Below are positions 1-12,045 of a DNA stretch of 64,000 nucleotides, piece after piece. Position 1 is the first letter of the stretch. Every line of letters begins with the position of its first letter. Under the pieces are notes generated by a model. The model was not told the DNA's origin, ran no database searches, and worked only from the letters and a program-made list of their open reading frames with translations. Source of the DNA: the human T2T-CHM13v2.0 reference genome, Homo sapiens; assembly GCF_009914755.1 (NCBI RefSeq), contig NC_060947.1, one strand, 5' to 3'. The position numbers and the translations under genes were made by a program.

Positions 1-1406
1 TTTTAAAAGAAATCCAGACTTCATGAAATGAGAATATCCAGAGGGAAAAATGATTGAATTTAAAGAGAGAGAGAGAGAAAAAAAAAGAAGGAACCTTCAG
101 TGGTAACTGTATTCAGCCAAGGGGATCTGCTGATGGAATTATGAAATCCAGTTTGGGAAGTGAAGTGAACTTTCCCAGCCACCGACTCAAAGCACAAGAT
201 CCTAAAGTGCTTAATGAACAGTGAAGGCTGACCTGTGAAGGATTAGGAATTTCAGACATGTGTTACTTAAGCTTCTCATTCCCAGAACCAAAATTCCTCG
301 CAATAAAAGAAAGAAAGAAGTCAGCATGATGGCTCCATCGCTGGGCTGACCTCAGATCGTGCTGGTCTCAGTGATGAACGGAAGGAATGAGAAATCTTCT
401 AACAGATTCCACATTTCTGGTATTGTTTTTGACTCCTCTGACTTTGTCTTTACCCCAATTACCCTGTAGCCTGATCTCACTATTTCCCCTGAAATACAAC
501 AATTTTTCTCTGAAATACAACAATCTGTGTTACCTTAATCAGCAGATCATTGTTCCATGGCAAAGTAATTATTGAGGAAAGCTGTGAAAGAAAAAAAGAC
601 TCTTGTATATGCCTGCCAATTAATTACTCTGTTATTGTTCTGATTTTCTTTTCTTTCTTGATTTTAACCAATCTACCCCTTGTTTTAGGGAACGGTTTTG
701 CATGGAGCTGAAATCAAAATTTGTTTTTAACCAAATTGTCGTTCTTCACAGAATGTCAATGCAATAATACCTTCAGGCTCTTGGAGAAGATATAGTTTAC
801 AAAGGGCCATTTTTGTATATGGGATCTTCTCCTATACATCTTCAACAGCTTGAGTTGAGCCACTGCATGCAAACTGATGACCTTGCTAATGACGCTGGTT
901 GGTTCTACTACTTCACTGATCCCCTTTGTCTTGGTGAATGAATGAAGGGGTTTAAGATAAGACCACTGGCCAATCCTGTAGCTGACTTACAAACACCTGG
1001 AAAAGTGGTGAGATGGGATCAGTTATCACTGGATAAGCTTCATACAGAACCTTAGAGAAAATGTCCTAAAATCTTTTTAATCCAGAAAATCACGTTTTTA
1101 CTGTTAGATTATGTTTTTGTTTAATCCAGAGAATTATATTTTAGGTTAACTGTACACATTCTATTTACCTGTACTGAGTAGGGTCAAAATTATGTTTTTA
1201 GTTTGTTGAATTCCATGATACTTCCTCATGCTGAATTCATTGAATTGCATGCAAAAGATTCTGAATGACAACCAAAATGTCAGCTATATGTTTATTCAAA
1301 TTCATTTGTAATGTTAATTCAGTAAACCTTTTAACTGCTAGGCATCAACCTAAGGCAATCGTCTTCTCCAATTAAGAAGTATATATGCAAAGCTACATTA
1401 TAATTA

Positions 1407-1496
1407 GGGAGAGAATTTTTGAGTTTACAGAGTCATAAAACATAAGTGGATTGGGAGATAATTTTTGAGTTTACAGAGTCATAAAACTTAAGTGAA
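1407..1496. repeat. Two-copy 46-bp tandem duplication
   Basis: GGGAGA(G/T)AATTTTTGAGTTTACAGAGTCATAAAAC(A/T)TAAGTG starts at 1407 and again at 1453. Confidence 0.95.
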
Positions 1497-2540
1497 CTGA
1501 ATGTTTCCTGACTCAAATGGATTTAAGAGTTCTTTTCTATAAAAAGAGGCGCATGTCCTTGGAAATACAGTCTTCTCTCAGCTGAGTAGGGTGTTTTCTC
1601 CTCTAACTCCTATAACCAATAGATATGGCAGCTTGGACTTAGGTCTTTTATTTGCTTTGTTTCATTTCATTAGATGCTTGTGTGACACACTGCACGTATC
1701 TGGATATGTTCACACCTCCATTCAAGTCAGCATTTGTTGTATGAGTCACTGTCTTTACTTAAGGCAACGATCACTATCTCTTTCGGTACTGAATATATTA
1801 TATTTTGGTTTACATTTTCCCTTTTGCAATTCCTCATTTTCAAGTTTTACATGTAGGCTGCCCATGGTCTCAAAAAAAGCAAATAACTACATAAATGCTC
1901 TGTCTTATTCTCAGTAATGACAACCGCATATTTGAAGATTTCTGGAAGATTTTCCTACATGGAAATATGTCAATGTTGTGGGGCCACTGGGTTATTTATT
2001 CATAACTATATATCTAAAATCAAGGGGAGAGGTCAGGGATGTTCTTATGAGAAATAATAAGAAGAGTACAATCTCTGACTCTGATGGTGGGTGGTGATGT
2101 TATGATTTCAGGGAAAAGTAATCTATGACCGAATGGTGGGTCATGAGCATCTCCATCCAGGAAAAGCAATCTATGACTGAGATGTTAAGACATGGGCATC
2201 TCAGCCCAGGAGAAACAGTCTATGAACAGGACAAAGAGCGCTGATGATCATATTCCTGGTTTTATTAGAACAGGTCTTTGCAATGTTCCACTTTAGCCTC
2301 TAGTTCAAGAATGACTTGCTGATTAACAGGCTCAAGCTTTCTTGACAGAGTGGAGTCTTGGCAAAAATGCTGAGTAGAGAGTAGTAGAAGCTTGTTTGGG
2401 AGCCTCTGGTAGCTGTTTCTTTCAGTAATCAGGCTTCCTCAAAAACACAATCCTCTGGCCTCACTCTGCCCACGTCAGATGTCCCACAGTGCCTGTGCTA
2501 TGTGAGCAAGTCTTTCCTATTTTAGAAATGTTTCCTTCTG

Positions 2541-2967
2541 GTAGCACACAGTAGCTCATGTCTGTAATTCTAACACTTTGGGAGGCTAAGGAGGGAGAAT
2601 GGCTTGAGTCCGGGAATTCAAGACCACCAGCCTGGGCAACATAGGGAGACACCATCTCTGCAAAAAAAAAAAATAAATAAATAAAATAGTTAACTGAGCG
2701 TGGTGGTGCACATGCCTGTGGTCCTAGCTACTTGGGAAGAAAAGACAGGAGGATTACTCGAGCCCAGGAGTTCAAAACCAGCCTGGGCAACATAGCAAGA
2801 CCCCATCTCTGCAAAAAATAAAATAATTAGCCAGGCATGGTAGTGAGTATTTGTGAAGCTGAGGCAGGAGGATCCTTGAGCCCAGGAGATCGAGGCTGCA
2901 GTGAGCTGTGATGGTACCACTGCACTCTAGCCTGGGTGACAGAGAGACACCTTGTCTAAAAAAAAAA
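2541..2967 (+). mobile_element. AluJ-age trimer (left monomer + FLAM_A-like monomer + right monomer)
   Basis: Three Alu monomers separated by A-rich linkers; TSD AGAAATGTTTC at 2524-2534 and 2973-2983. Confidence 0.85.
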
Positions 2968-3377
2968 GAGAGAGAAATGTTTCTTTTCCTTACTGAGGTC
3001 AAATCCTACATGTTCCATTGTTGCTTTTCTGGGCATCTCCCAAATCAGTGTAACACATTCTCATTAGTGGTTCTGGCGGTTCCTCTATCAATGTCTAGGC
3101 ATTCCTGCCTCTAATGCTGGAAATGCATTGTCTAGGCTAGCCATGAGGTGTAGGTGGTAAAACAAAACAAAACAAAACAGGAACACATCTGAACTGCTCC
3201 TGGAGTCTCACCATGCAAATGCTCCTACCCCTCTAACAATTCCACAACCCCCTACTGTATGTAGTCCATTTTCATGAGCTGAATTGAAGTGGACAGTTCT
3301 GCTTTAAACTGGTGGACAGGATTGAATTTGGAGGAAGACACTGAGTTTTTTTTTTCTCTCTCTCTGAATATAACGTC

Positions 3378-3676
3378 TTTTTTTTTTTTTTTTTTCAGAT
3401 GGAGTCTCAGTCTATTGCCCAGCCTGGGGTGCAGTGGTGTGATCTCGGCTCACTGAAACCTCCACCTGCCAGGTTCAAGCAATCCTCCTGCCTCAGCCTC
3501 CCAAGTACCTGAGATTACAGGTGTGCACCACCATGCCCAGCTAATTTTGTATTTTTAGTAGATATGGGATTTCACCATGTTGGCCAGGCTGGTCTCAAAG
3601 TCCTGACCTCAAGTGATCCACTTGCCTCAGCTTCCCAAAATGCTGAGATTACATGCCTGAGCCACTGCACCTGGCC
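3378..3676 (-). mobile_element. AluS, full length
   Basis: PolyT followed by reverse-complement Alu dimer with AluS-type GGCCAGGCTGGTCTC..CCTGACCTC. Confidence 0.95.
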
Positions 3677-3974
3677 AGGATATATGTTTTCTTTAAATTA
3701 AAAAAGAATCACGTGAACTTCAAGTTTTGAAGACAACGTCAAAGAACAGACACAGTCCAGGACTAAGCCTGGAGAAGAGCTATTTTTCTCAGCTCTGCAG
3801 GAAGCAGTGCACAACTACATGGCAGGAATGGGGGTCTCAGGAAACAGTAAAGGGGCCCAGGTGGGATGGTGGGAGAAGTTTGGCACACCAAGGAAGGCTC
3901 TTGGAGGATGGGCATGAGAGATGGGCATGAATCTCTTTCACCTGTCAGTACTTGCAACATAGTCTTTGGTGTCT

Positions 3975-4347
<373 letters not shown>

Positions 4348-4585
4348 TAAGCTGACTTTACATTTGGACATACACCCTGGAACAAAGTTGACATTTAAGA
4401 AAATACCCATAAATACAATTATCTATTTATTACTTACGTTAGTTTTGTGGAGGATTCTTAGCAGAGCAGATGTTAAGATGTCTATGCCAATATTTATTTC
4501 ACTACAGAGATGTATAAAAGAATGGAGAGTGCCTAAAAAAGAAAAGGTAATGAAAGATATCAAAATAGTGTTTATAAGAAAGTCA

Positions 4586-4901
4586 GGCTGGGTGCAGTGA
4601 CTCTATGCCTGTGGTCCTAGTATTCTGGGAGGCCAGGGTCGGGGGATTGCTTGAGGCCAGAAGTTTGTGACTAGCTTGGGCAACATACTGAGACCTCATC
4701 TCTATGAAAAATTAAATATTAAACAATTAACTAGGCATGGTGACACTCACCTGTAGTCTCAGCTACTCAGGAGGCTGAGGCAGGAGGATCGCTCCCAAGC
4801 CTGGGAGATTGAGGCTGCATTGAGCTGTGATCGCACCACTGCACTCCTGCTTAGGGGACAGAGTGAGACCCTGTCTCTAAAAACAAAAAGAAAAAAAAAA
4901 G
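4586..4901 (+). mobile_element. AluJ, full length
   Basis: Diverged Alu dimer with GGAGGATCGCT and GGGCAACATA, A-rich tail. Confidence 0.92.
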
Positions 4902-5010
4902 AAATTCGGCTTAGTGGAGGTCTTTTTCAACTATTATTTCATTTGGAAAAAAACTTCACTTTAATATTGGTAAATAACACACATACATGTAGACAAAGTT
5001 TAAATTCCCA

Positions 5011-5481
<471 letters not shown>

Positions 5482-6335
5482 TTGTTCAAATTCCCAATCA
5501 TTGGGAATAATAATAATAAATCTTCACTCTTCAAGCTCTGGTCCTTCTCTTAGGGATGCTCTTTGTACAGAGAGGATTGAAAGCATAGAGTCTCATGTCC
5601 ATCCTGAGAGTAACATGGCCTGAGCTACCAGCCTCTCCACACCCCTGGCTGCTGAAAGCCACCCTGTGAAACCTCAAATCTGGCTTGGAATTCCTTCTCC
5701 AGCCACAGATGGAAATACCAGACATGTGTTCACTGTAGATAATTCAGATATAAATAAGTTTTCTACCAGAAACGAAATATTGTGATGTATGCAATTCTAT
5801 CACTTGGTGTAATTACCAATGTTCTTCTTTAAGGACAACACATGGTTATGGTTTGAATAGTGACCTCCTGTCCCCCAAATTCACATGATAAAATGCTAAT
5901 CCCCAATACCTGTGAAAGTGATCTTCTTTGGAAGTGAGGTCTCTGTAGATGTCATCAAGTTAAAATGAAGTCATTTGGGTGGGTCCTAAATCCAACGACT
6001 AGTGTCCTAATAAAAAGATGGAATTTGGGCTGGGTGCAGTGGCCCATGCCTGTAGTCCCAGCATTTTGGGAGGCCCAGGTGAGTGGATCACTTGAGGCCA
6101 GGAGTTTGAGACCAGCCTGATCAACATGGTGGGACCCCATTTCTATATTTAAGGAAAAAAAAAGGATGGGGGACAATTAGGACACAGACACACACCCAGG
6201 GAATATGCCATGGGGAGATGAAGGCTGAGATAGGACTGATGTTTCTGAAACCAAAGAGTGCTCAAGATCTCAGGAAACCACCAGAAGAGAGGGAGGAAGC
6301 ATGAGACAGTCTCTCCTTCGGAGACTCAGAGGAAC

Positions 6336-6718
6336 TGACATGGTTTGGCTCTGTGTCCCCACCCAAATCTCATCTCCAGTTGTAATCCCCATAATCCCCA
6401 CAGGTCAAGGGCAGGACCAGGTGGAGGCAATTGTATCATGGAGGTGGTTTCTCCCATATGCTGTTCTTGTGATAGTGAGTGAGTTCTCACGAGATCTGAT
6501 GGTATTGTAAGAGTCTGGCATTTCCCGTTTGCACTAACTCCATCCTGCCGCCCTGTGACGAAGATGTCTGCTTCTCTTTCACCTTCTGCCATGATTGTAA
6601 GTTTCCTGAGGCCTTCCCAGCCATGCAGAATTGACTGTGAGTCAATTAAATCTCTTTCCTCTATAAATTACCCAGTCTTGGGTATTTCTTCATAACAGTG
6701 TGAGAACAGACTAATACA
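6336..6718 (+). mobile_element. THE1D-like solo LTR
   Basis: TGACATGGTTTGGCT..GACTAATACA; perfect TSD GGAAC at 6331-6335 and 6719-6723. Confidence 0.93.
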
Positions 6719-6744
6719 GGAACCAACCCTGTCAACTTTTTTCC

Positions 6745-6890
6745 ATATATATATATATATATATATATAATGTGTATATATACACATATGTATTTATGTG
6801 TATGTATATATACATAAAATATGTGTATGCATAAAATTTGTGTATATATACATAAAATGTGTGTGTGTATATATATATATATACACATAC
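6745..6890. repeat. (TA)n/(TG)n-rich microsatellite tract
   Basis: Direct inspection. Confidence 0.9.
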
Positions 6891-7152
6891 TTTTTTTTCC
6901 CATAAAATCTAGACCCTGCACAACCTGCCAAACCTTGATCTCAGACTTCCCTGCTGACCTGTGTATGTGACATTACAGCCAAACATTTTCTGTCCTCTCT
7001 GCTTTTATAGTTGAGCATCTTTCTAGGACAAAACTGTAGGATTATTTTGCCTACTATGAACTTCTGGAAGAGTTTATCTGGATGAAATAGAAGGAAAAAA
7101 AATAGGAGATAGATCAAGGGGTGTGATCTTTCAGCTTGCGTCCCAACCCAGG

Positions 7153-7513
7153 TGATATGGTTTGGCTGTGCCCCCACCCAAATCTCATTTTGAATTGTAG
7201 CTCCGGTAATACCCATGTGCTGTGGGAGGGACCCAGTGAGAGATAATTAAATCATGGGGGTGGTTTCCTCCATACTGTTCTCATGATAGTGAATAAGTCT
7301 TACAAGATCTGCTGGTTTTATAAGGGGTTTCCTCTTCCACTTGACTCTCATTGTCTCTTGCCTGCTGCCATGTAAGATGTGCCTTTTGCCTTCCACCATG
7401 ATTGTGAAGCCTCCCCAGCCATGTGGAACTGTGAGTTCATTAAACCTCTTTTTCTTTATAAATTACCCAGTCTGAGGTATGTTATATCAGCAGAGTGAAA
7501 ACGGACTAATACA
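7153..7513 (+). mobile_element. THE1B-like solo LTR
   Basis: TGATATGGTTTGGCT..GGACTAATACA; TSD CCAGG at 7148-7152 and 7514-7518. Confidence 0.95.
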
Positions 7514-8505
7514 CCAGGCCAGTGGAAATTGTGCAAAGGAGTTTGAACTCATCTTCTTTGCTTTGTGTAGAAGAAATCTCAGTATAGAGGCAGAATCTGC
7601 CTCCCTCGAGATTAAGACAGCAGGGAAGAGAGGCAGCCCCCCTTCCCTGAAGGCAGGTCAGAATGAGGACATACTCAGTTTGGGACCCAACTTTCTCAAG
7701 AGAAAAAGTCATTCCTTCTCCCCTGGGATGAGGAAAAGATGAGCATGAGAGTTGAAGAGGTTTCTTGGGAGAAGTGGAGGGGTTTCTCCTATACTTTTTC
7801 CCCTGGAGAGTAAAATAACCACACTCTCCCTAGGAAAACATTCATTTTTTTCCTACAGCACGTCAGATCTGTTAACGAATGTTTTACTTTGAACTCGGGC
7901 CATTGCAAAATCATCAGCCTGAAAGAGCGGATACTCTTGCATTGGAATTCACTAATGTTCAGTTTGTTTACAATGTGGCTTTCCTGTCCAGTGTTTTAAA
8001 ATTCCACATGTATAACTGACCCTCGGAGAACAGTTCCATTGCTTAGAGAACTTAGCAGGGTAACCCCATTGGGCAGCAGGATGACAGTAGCTTTGCACAC
8101 TGAAAAAGAAACAAAACAGATTAATAAATAGGGAAAGGCTTTGATGATGAGCTCACCAATAGAGGTGGAGAGAAGGGAGGGAGAGTTTAAAAAGTGCTGG
8201 AGGCTTCTATCCTGGGGCTGGGGAGACTTTGATGAGGACACAGGCTCAGTTGGGTTCTGTTTGGCAGATACACTTAAGGAGGAACTAGGAAAAAACCAAA
8301 AAGGCCCTGGAGGCTTCCAAGGAAATGTCTCTGTTGCAATACTTTGGCTGCAAGATATTTTCTTCTGTCCCCAGCCAGAAGGAGCAATCCTGGTGCTTAA
8401 ATAAAAAGGCATGAAGGCCCAAAGTGGCTCTTGACTTGCCAAGGCAGTATTACAGAGAATTAAGCCCTACCTTAGGGCATGCCAGGAGCCTGCTGGAGGT
8501 GTCAG

Positions 8506-9065
8506 TGTTACTGGAAAAGAGGCCCAACCCAGACCCCAAGAGAAGGTTCTTGGAACTCGTACAAGAAAGAATTCTGGGTGAGTCCATAAAGTAAAGTGAA
8601 AGCAAGTTTATTAAGAAAGTAAAGGAATAAATGAATGGCTACTCCACAGACAGAGCAGCCCCGAGGGCGAGGGCTGCTGGTTGCCCATTTGTATGGTGAT
8701 TTCTTGATGATATGCTAAACAAGGGGTGGATCATTCATGCCTCCCCCTTTTAGAGCTCATAGGGTAACTTCCTGACCTTGCCGTGGCATTGGTAAACTGT
8801 CATGGTGCTGGTGGATGTATAGCAGTGAGGATGCCCAGAGGTCAGTCTCGTCGGCATCTTGGTTTTGGTGGGCTTTGGCCGGCTTCTTTGCTACCATCTG
8901 TTTTATCAGCCAGGTCCTTACGACCTGTATCTCATGCTGACCTCCAATCTCATATTGTGACTTAGAATGTCTTAACTTCCTGGGAATGCAGTCCAGCAGG
9001 TCTTAGCCTTATTTTACCCAGCCCCTATTCAAGATGGAGTTGCTCTGGTTCAAACACCTCCGACA
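8506..9065 (-). mobile_element. MER41A-like solo LTR (ERV1)
   Basis: Reverse complement starts TGTCGGAGGTGTTTGAACCAGAGCAACTCCATCTTGAATAGGGGCTGGG; 560 bp; lacks the GAS-bearing block present in the 51264 copy. Confidence 0.88.
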
Positions 9066-9074
9066 GGTGCAGCA

Positions 9075-9420
9075 GAGAATGTTTACAGCAGGGAAACTGT
9101 TCTGTATGAGGCTATACTGGTGGATACATGTGATTATGTATTTGTCAAAACCTATAGAATGTGCAACACAGTAAACCTTAATGTAAATTCTGGGCTTTTG
9201 GGGTTATGTTATGAACCCAGTGTGTGTTCATCATTGTAACAAATGTTCATTGTAACAAATGTACTGCTCTAGTCGGGGATGTTCATAGTGGGGGAGGCTG
9301 TTTGGGAAGAGGGCAGAGAGTATCTGAGAAATCTTTGTATCTTCCGCTCACTTTTGCCGTGAACCTAAAACTGCTCTAAAAAAACAGTCTTTTAAAAAAG
9401 AAAGAAAAGAAAAGAAAAAG
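9075..9420 (+). mobile_element. L1MC-type 3' end
   Basis: GTGGATACATG..TTTGTCAAAACC..TGAACCTAAAACTGCTCTAAAAA plus A-rich tail. Confidence 0.8.
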
Positions 9421-9489
9421 AGTGCAGACATGTTATAGCATGGGTGATCCCCAAAAGAGAATGCTTAGTCAAAGAAGCCAGTCACAAAA

Positions 9490-9628
9490 TGTGTCCAGAG
9501 TTGGTTCCTTCTGGTGGGTTCGTGGTCTCACTTCAAGAATGAAGCCGCGGACCTTCGCGGTGAGTGTTACAGCTCTTAAAGATGGCACGGACCAAAAGAG
9601 TGAGTGGTAGCAAGGTTATTGTGAAGAG
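9490..9628 (-). mobile_element. LTR12 (ERV9) 3'-terminal fragment
   Basis: TGTGTCCAGAGTTGGTTCCTTCTGGTGGGTTCGTGGTCTC..GAATGAAGCCGCGGACCTTCGCGGTGAGTGTTACAGCTC. Confidence 0.9.
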
Positions 9629-9718
9629 GAGGTCGAGGCTGCTGTGAGCCATGTTCACATCCAGCCTGGGCAACAGAGCAAGACCCTGTCTCAAAATAAT
9701 TATGATAATAATAATAAG
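9629..9718 (+). mobile_element. AluJ right-arm 3' fragment
   Basis: GAGGTCGAGGCTGC..CCAGCCTGGGCAACAGAGCAAGACCCTGTCTC plus (AAT)n tail. Confidence 0.85.
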
Positions 9719-9959
9719 ATTAGCTTTGCATAGTTTATCAGACAAGAAAACTACAAATAAGTAACTACAGCACATATTCTCAGAGAGAGAGAGTTCTTTT
9801 GCGGGGAGATGTCTTTCGTGGTTTTTGTTATTTGCCAACTGGAAGGCCCAGTAGGCTGGAAGAATTTACCCTAAAGGGGTTCAGAGGACAAGTATACTGC
9901 TATGTTCTTTTTAGGAGGCTTTTGGAGAATTAATTCTTCAAATTTAGAGTTATTTCTAG

Positions 9960-10280
<321 letters not shown>

Positions 10281-11094
10281 TAGTTATTTCACAGTAACTA
10301 AAAAGTTGATTCTGAAAATACATGAGAGTTTGCTTTTAAGGTGTTGGCTTTGAGGTACAGTTATGCTTGCTGCGTTGAGCACACGTGCACTTGTATTGTT
10401 ACCTGAGGAGCAGCAATACTAATGTGGCCATGGAAAACGTAGAGGTGGTCTTCCCAACCTAGGCCACCTGCCAACAGGACCCTTCTTCCACTCCCTAGGG
10501 TGGGTTCCCTCTGTCCTTCCTCCCCTGGTTCCTGTGAAAATGGTCAGAGGAGAAAAAGGGGTTACTGTATGGGTGCAGGATCTTCTTTGCTGCGTGTTTT
10601 AGGGGGCGCTGCAGACATCTCAGTATGGTCCATGTTCTCCTGCACATTTAGGGCTTCGGAGGGGTGATTGCCACAGCTCAGGCTAGAGTGCATCACCCAA
10701 AGTAACTCTCAGCCTATAAACTGCACTTTTACAAGCAGATTATAGACCCGTAGCATTGGCATGTTTGATACGTCTGAACACAGAACTCTGATAGTAAAAT
10801 CTCAACATGATTCTTGCTGGACAGGCCAGTTCTCTCTGTGTATATTCTAGGTTTTGAGAAACCACAACCAGAGCCCCCTGGCTCCACGTCCACCATGGTT
10901 TTTCCCTTGAATGGTGCTCCCAGAAGCTTTCTGGGTTACACACTAGTGGTGTCTCTGGATTTAGTCGTGAAGTTCCTGGAAAAAATTCCTTTTCCCTAGG
11001 CTACTGGTGTGAGTTAAATTCTACTAGGAGTTCCTCTGGGCTGTTTCACTTCGTTATTTAAATTTTAAAAAATATTTTAATTTTTTGTAACTTT

Positions 11095-12045
11095 TATGTT
11101 TTTTAAATGTTGTTTTAGATTCAGGGGCACACATGCAGCTTTGTTACATGGTTATATTGTCTGACAGTGAGTTTTGGGATTCTAGTGTACCCATGGTCTG
11201 AATAGTGTACATTGTACCCATGAAGTAATTTTTCATCCTTCACCTCCTTCCCACCCTTCTGAGTCTGCAGTGTCTATTATTCCACTCTCTGTGTCTATGT
11301 GCATGCCTATTTACCTCCCACTTAGAAGCAGAAACCTGCAGTGGCTCTTATTTCCATCTTTATGTCCATGTGTACCCAGTGTTTAGCTTCTACTTACACA
11401 TGAAAACGTATGGCATTTCATTTACTGCTTCTGAGTCATTTCACTTAGAATAATGGCCTCCAGCTCCATCCGTGTTGCTGCAAAAGACATGGTTTTATTC
11501 TTTTTTATGGCTGTGTAGTATTCCATGGTGCTTGAATGTACATATGTATGTACATGGGTGCACAGATGTATGTACATACATGCACCATGGAATACCACGC
11601 AGCCATAACAAATAATAAATTTTAAAAATATCTATCTCTATACCTCTATATATCTATACATCTATATATCCATACATATCTATATATCTATACTTCTATA
11701 TATCTATACATATCTATATATCTATGCCTCTATATATCTATATATCTATACATATCTATATATCTGTACCTCTATATACCTGTTATTAGGTTGGTGCAAA
11801 AGTAATTGTGGCTTTTTCTGTTACTTTTAATGTGAAAAACTGCAATTACTTTTGCATCAACCTAATATACATGTATGCATATCTATGTCTGTCTATATAC
11901 ATACACACCACATTTTCTTGATCCAATCATCTGCTAATGGACACTTAGGTTGATTCCATGACTTTGCTATTACGAATTGTGCTGTGATAAACATAAGAGT
12001 GAAGGTGTCTTTTTGATATAATGATTACTCTTCTTTTGCATAGAT
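11095..12045 (-). mobile_element. L1PB/MA-type 3' fragment, split by a fold-back duplication, a TATC/TA tract and a MADE1
   Basis: TTTGTTACATGG..ATAATGGCCTCCAGCTCCATCC..TATGGCTGTGTAGTATTCCATGG; resumes CACATTTTC..TGATTCCATGACTTTGCTATT. Confidence 0.85.
11786..11865. mobile_element. MADE1 (Hsmar1-derived MITE), complete 80 bp
   Basis: TTAGGTTGGTGCAAAAGTAATTG..CAATTACTTTTGCATCAACCTAA with TA on both sides. Confidence 0.96.

Larger units (their letters stand above)
5843..6950 (+). mobile_element. MLT1 (MaLR) LTR interrupted by an Alu monomer (6028-6162), a THE1 LTR and a TA-rich insert
   Basis: MLT1 motifs in order: GTTATGGTTTGAAT, AAAATGAAGTCAT..GGGTGGGTCCTAAATCCAA, GGAACCAACCCTG..CCTTGATCTCAGACTTCC. 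Confidence 0.8.

Noticed and set aside
7996-8442. 148-aa ORF in unique DNA
   Set aside because: No recognisable domain or supporting gene structure; this length can arise by chance in 64 kb.
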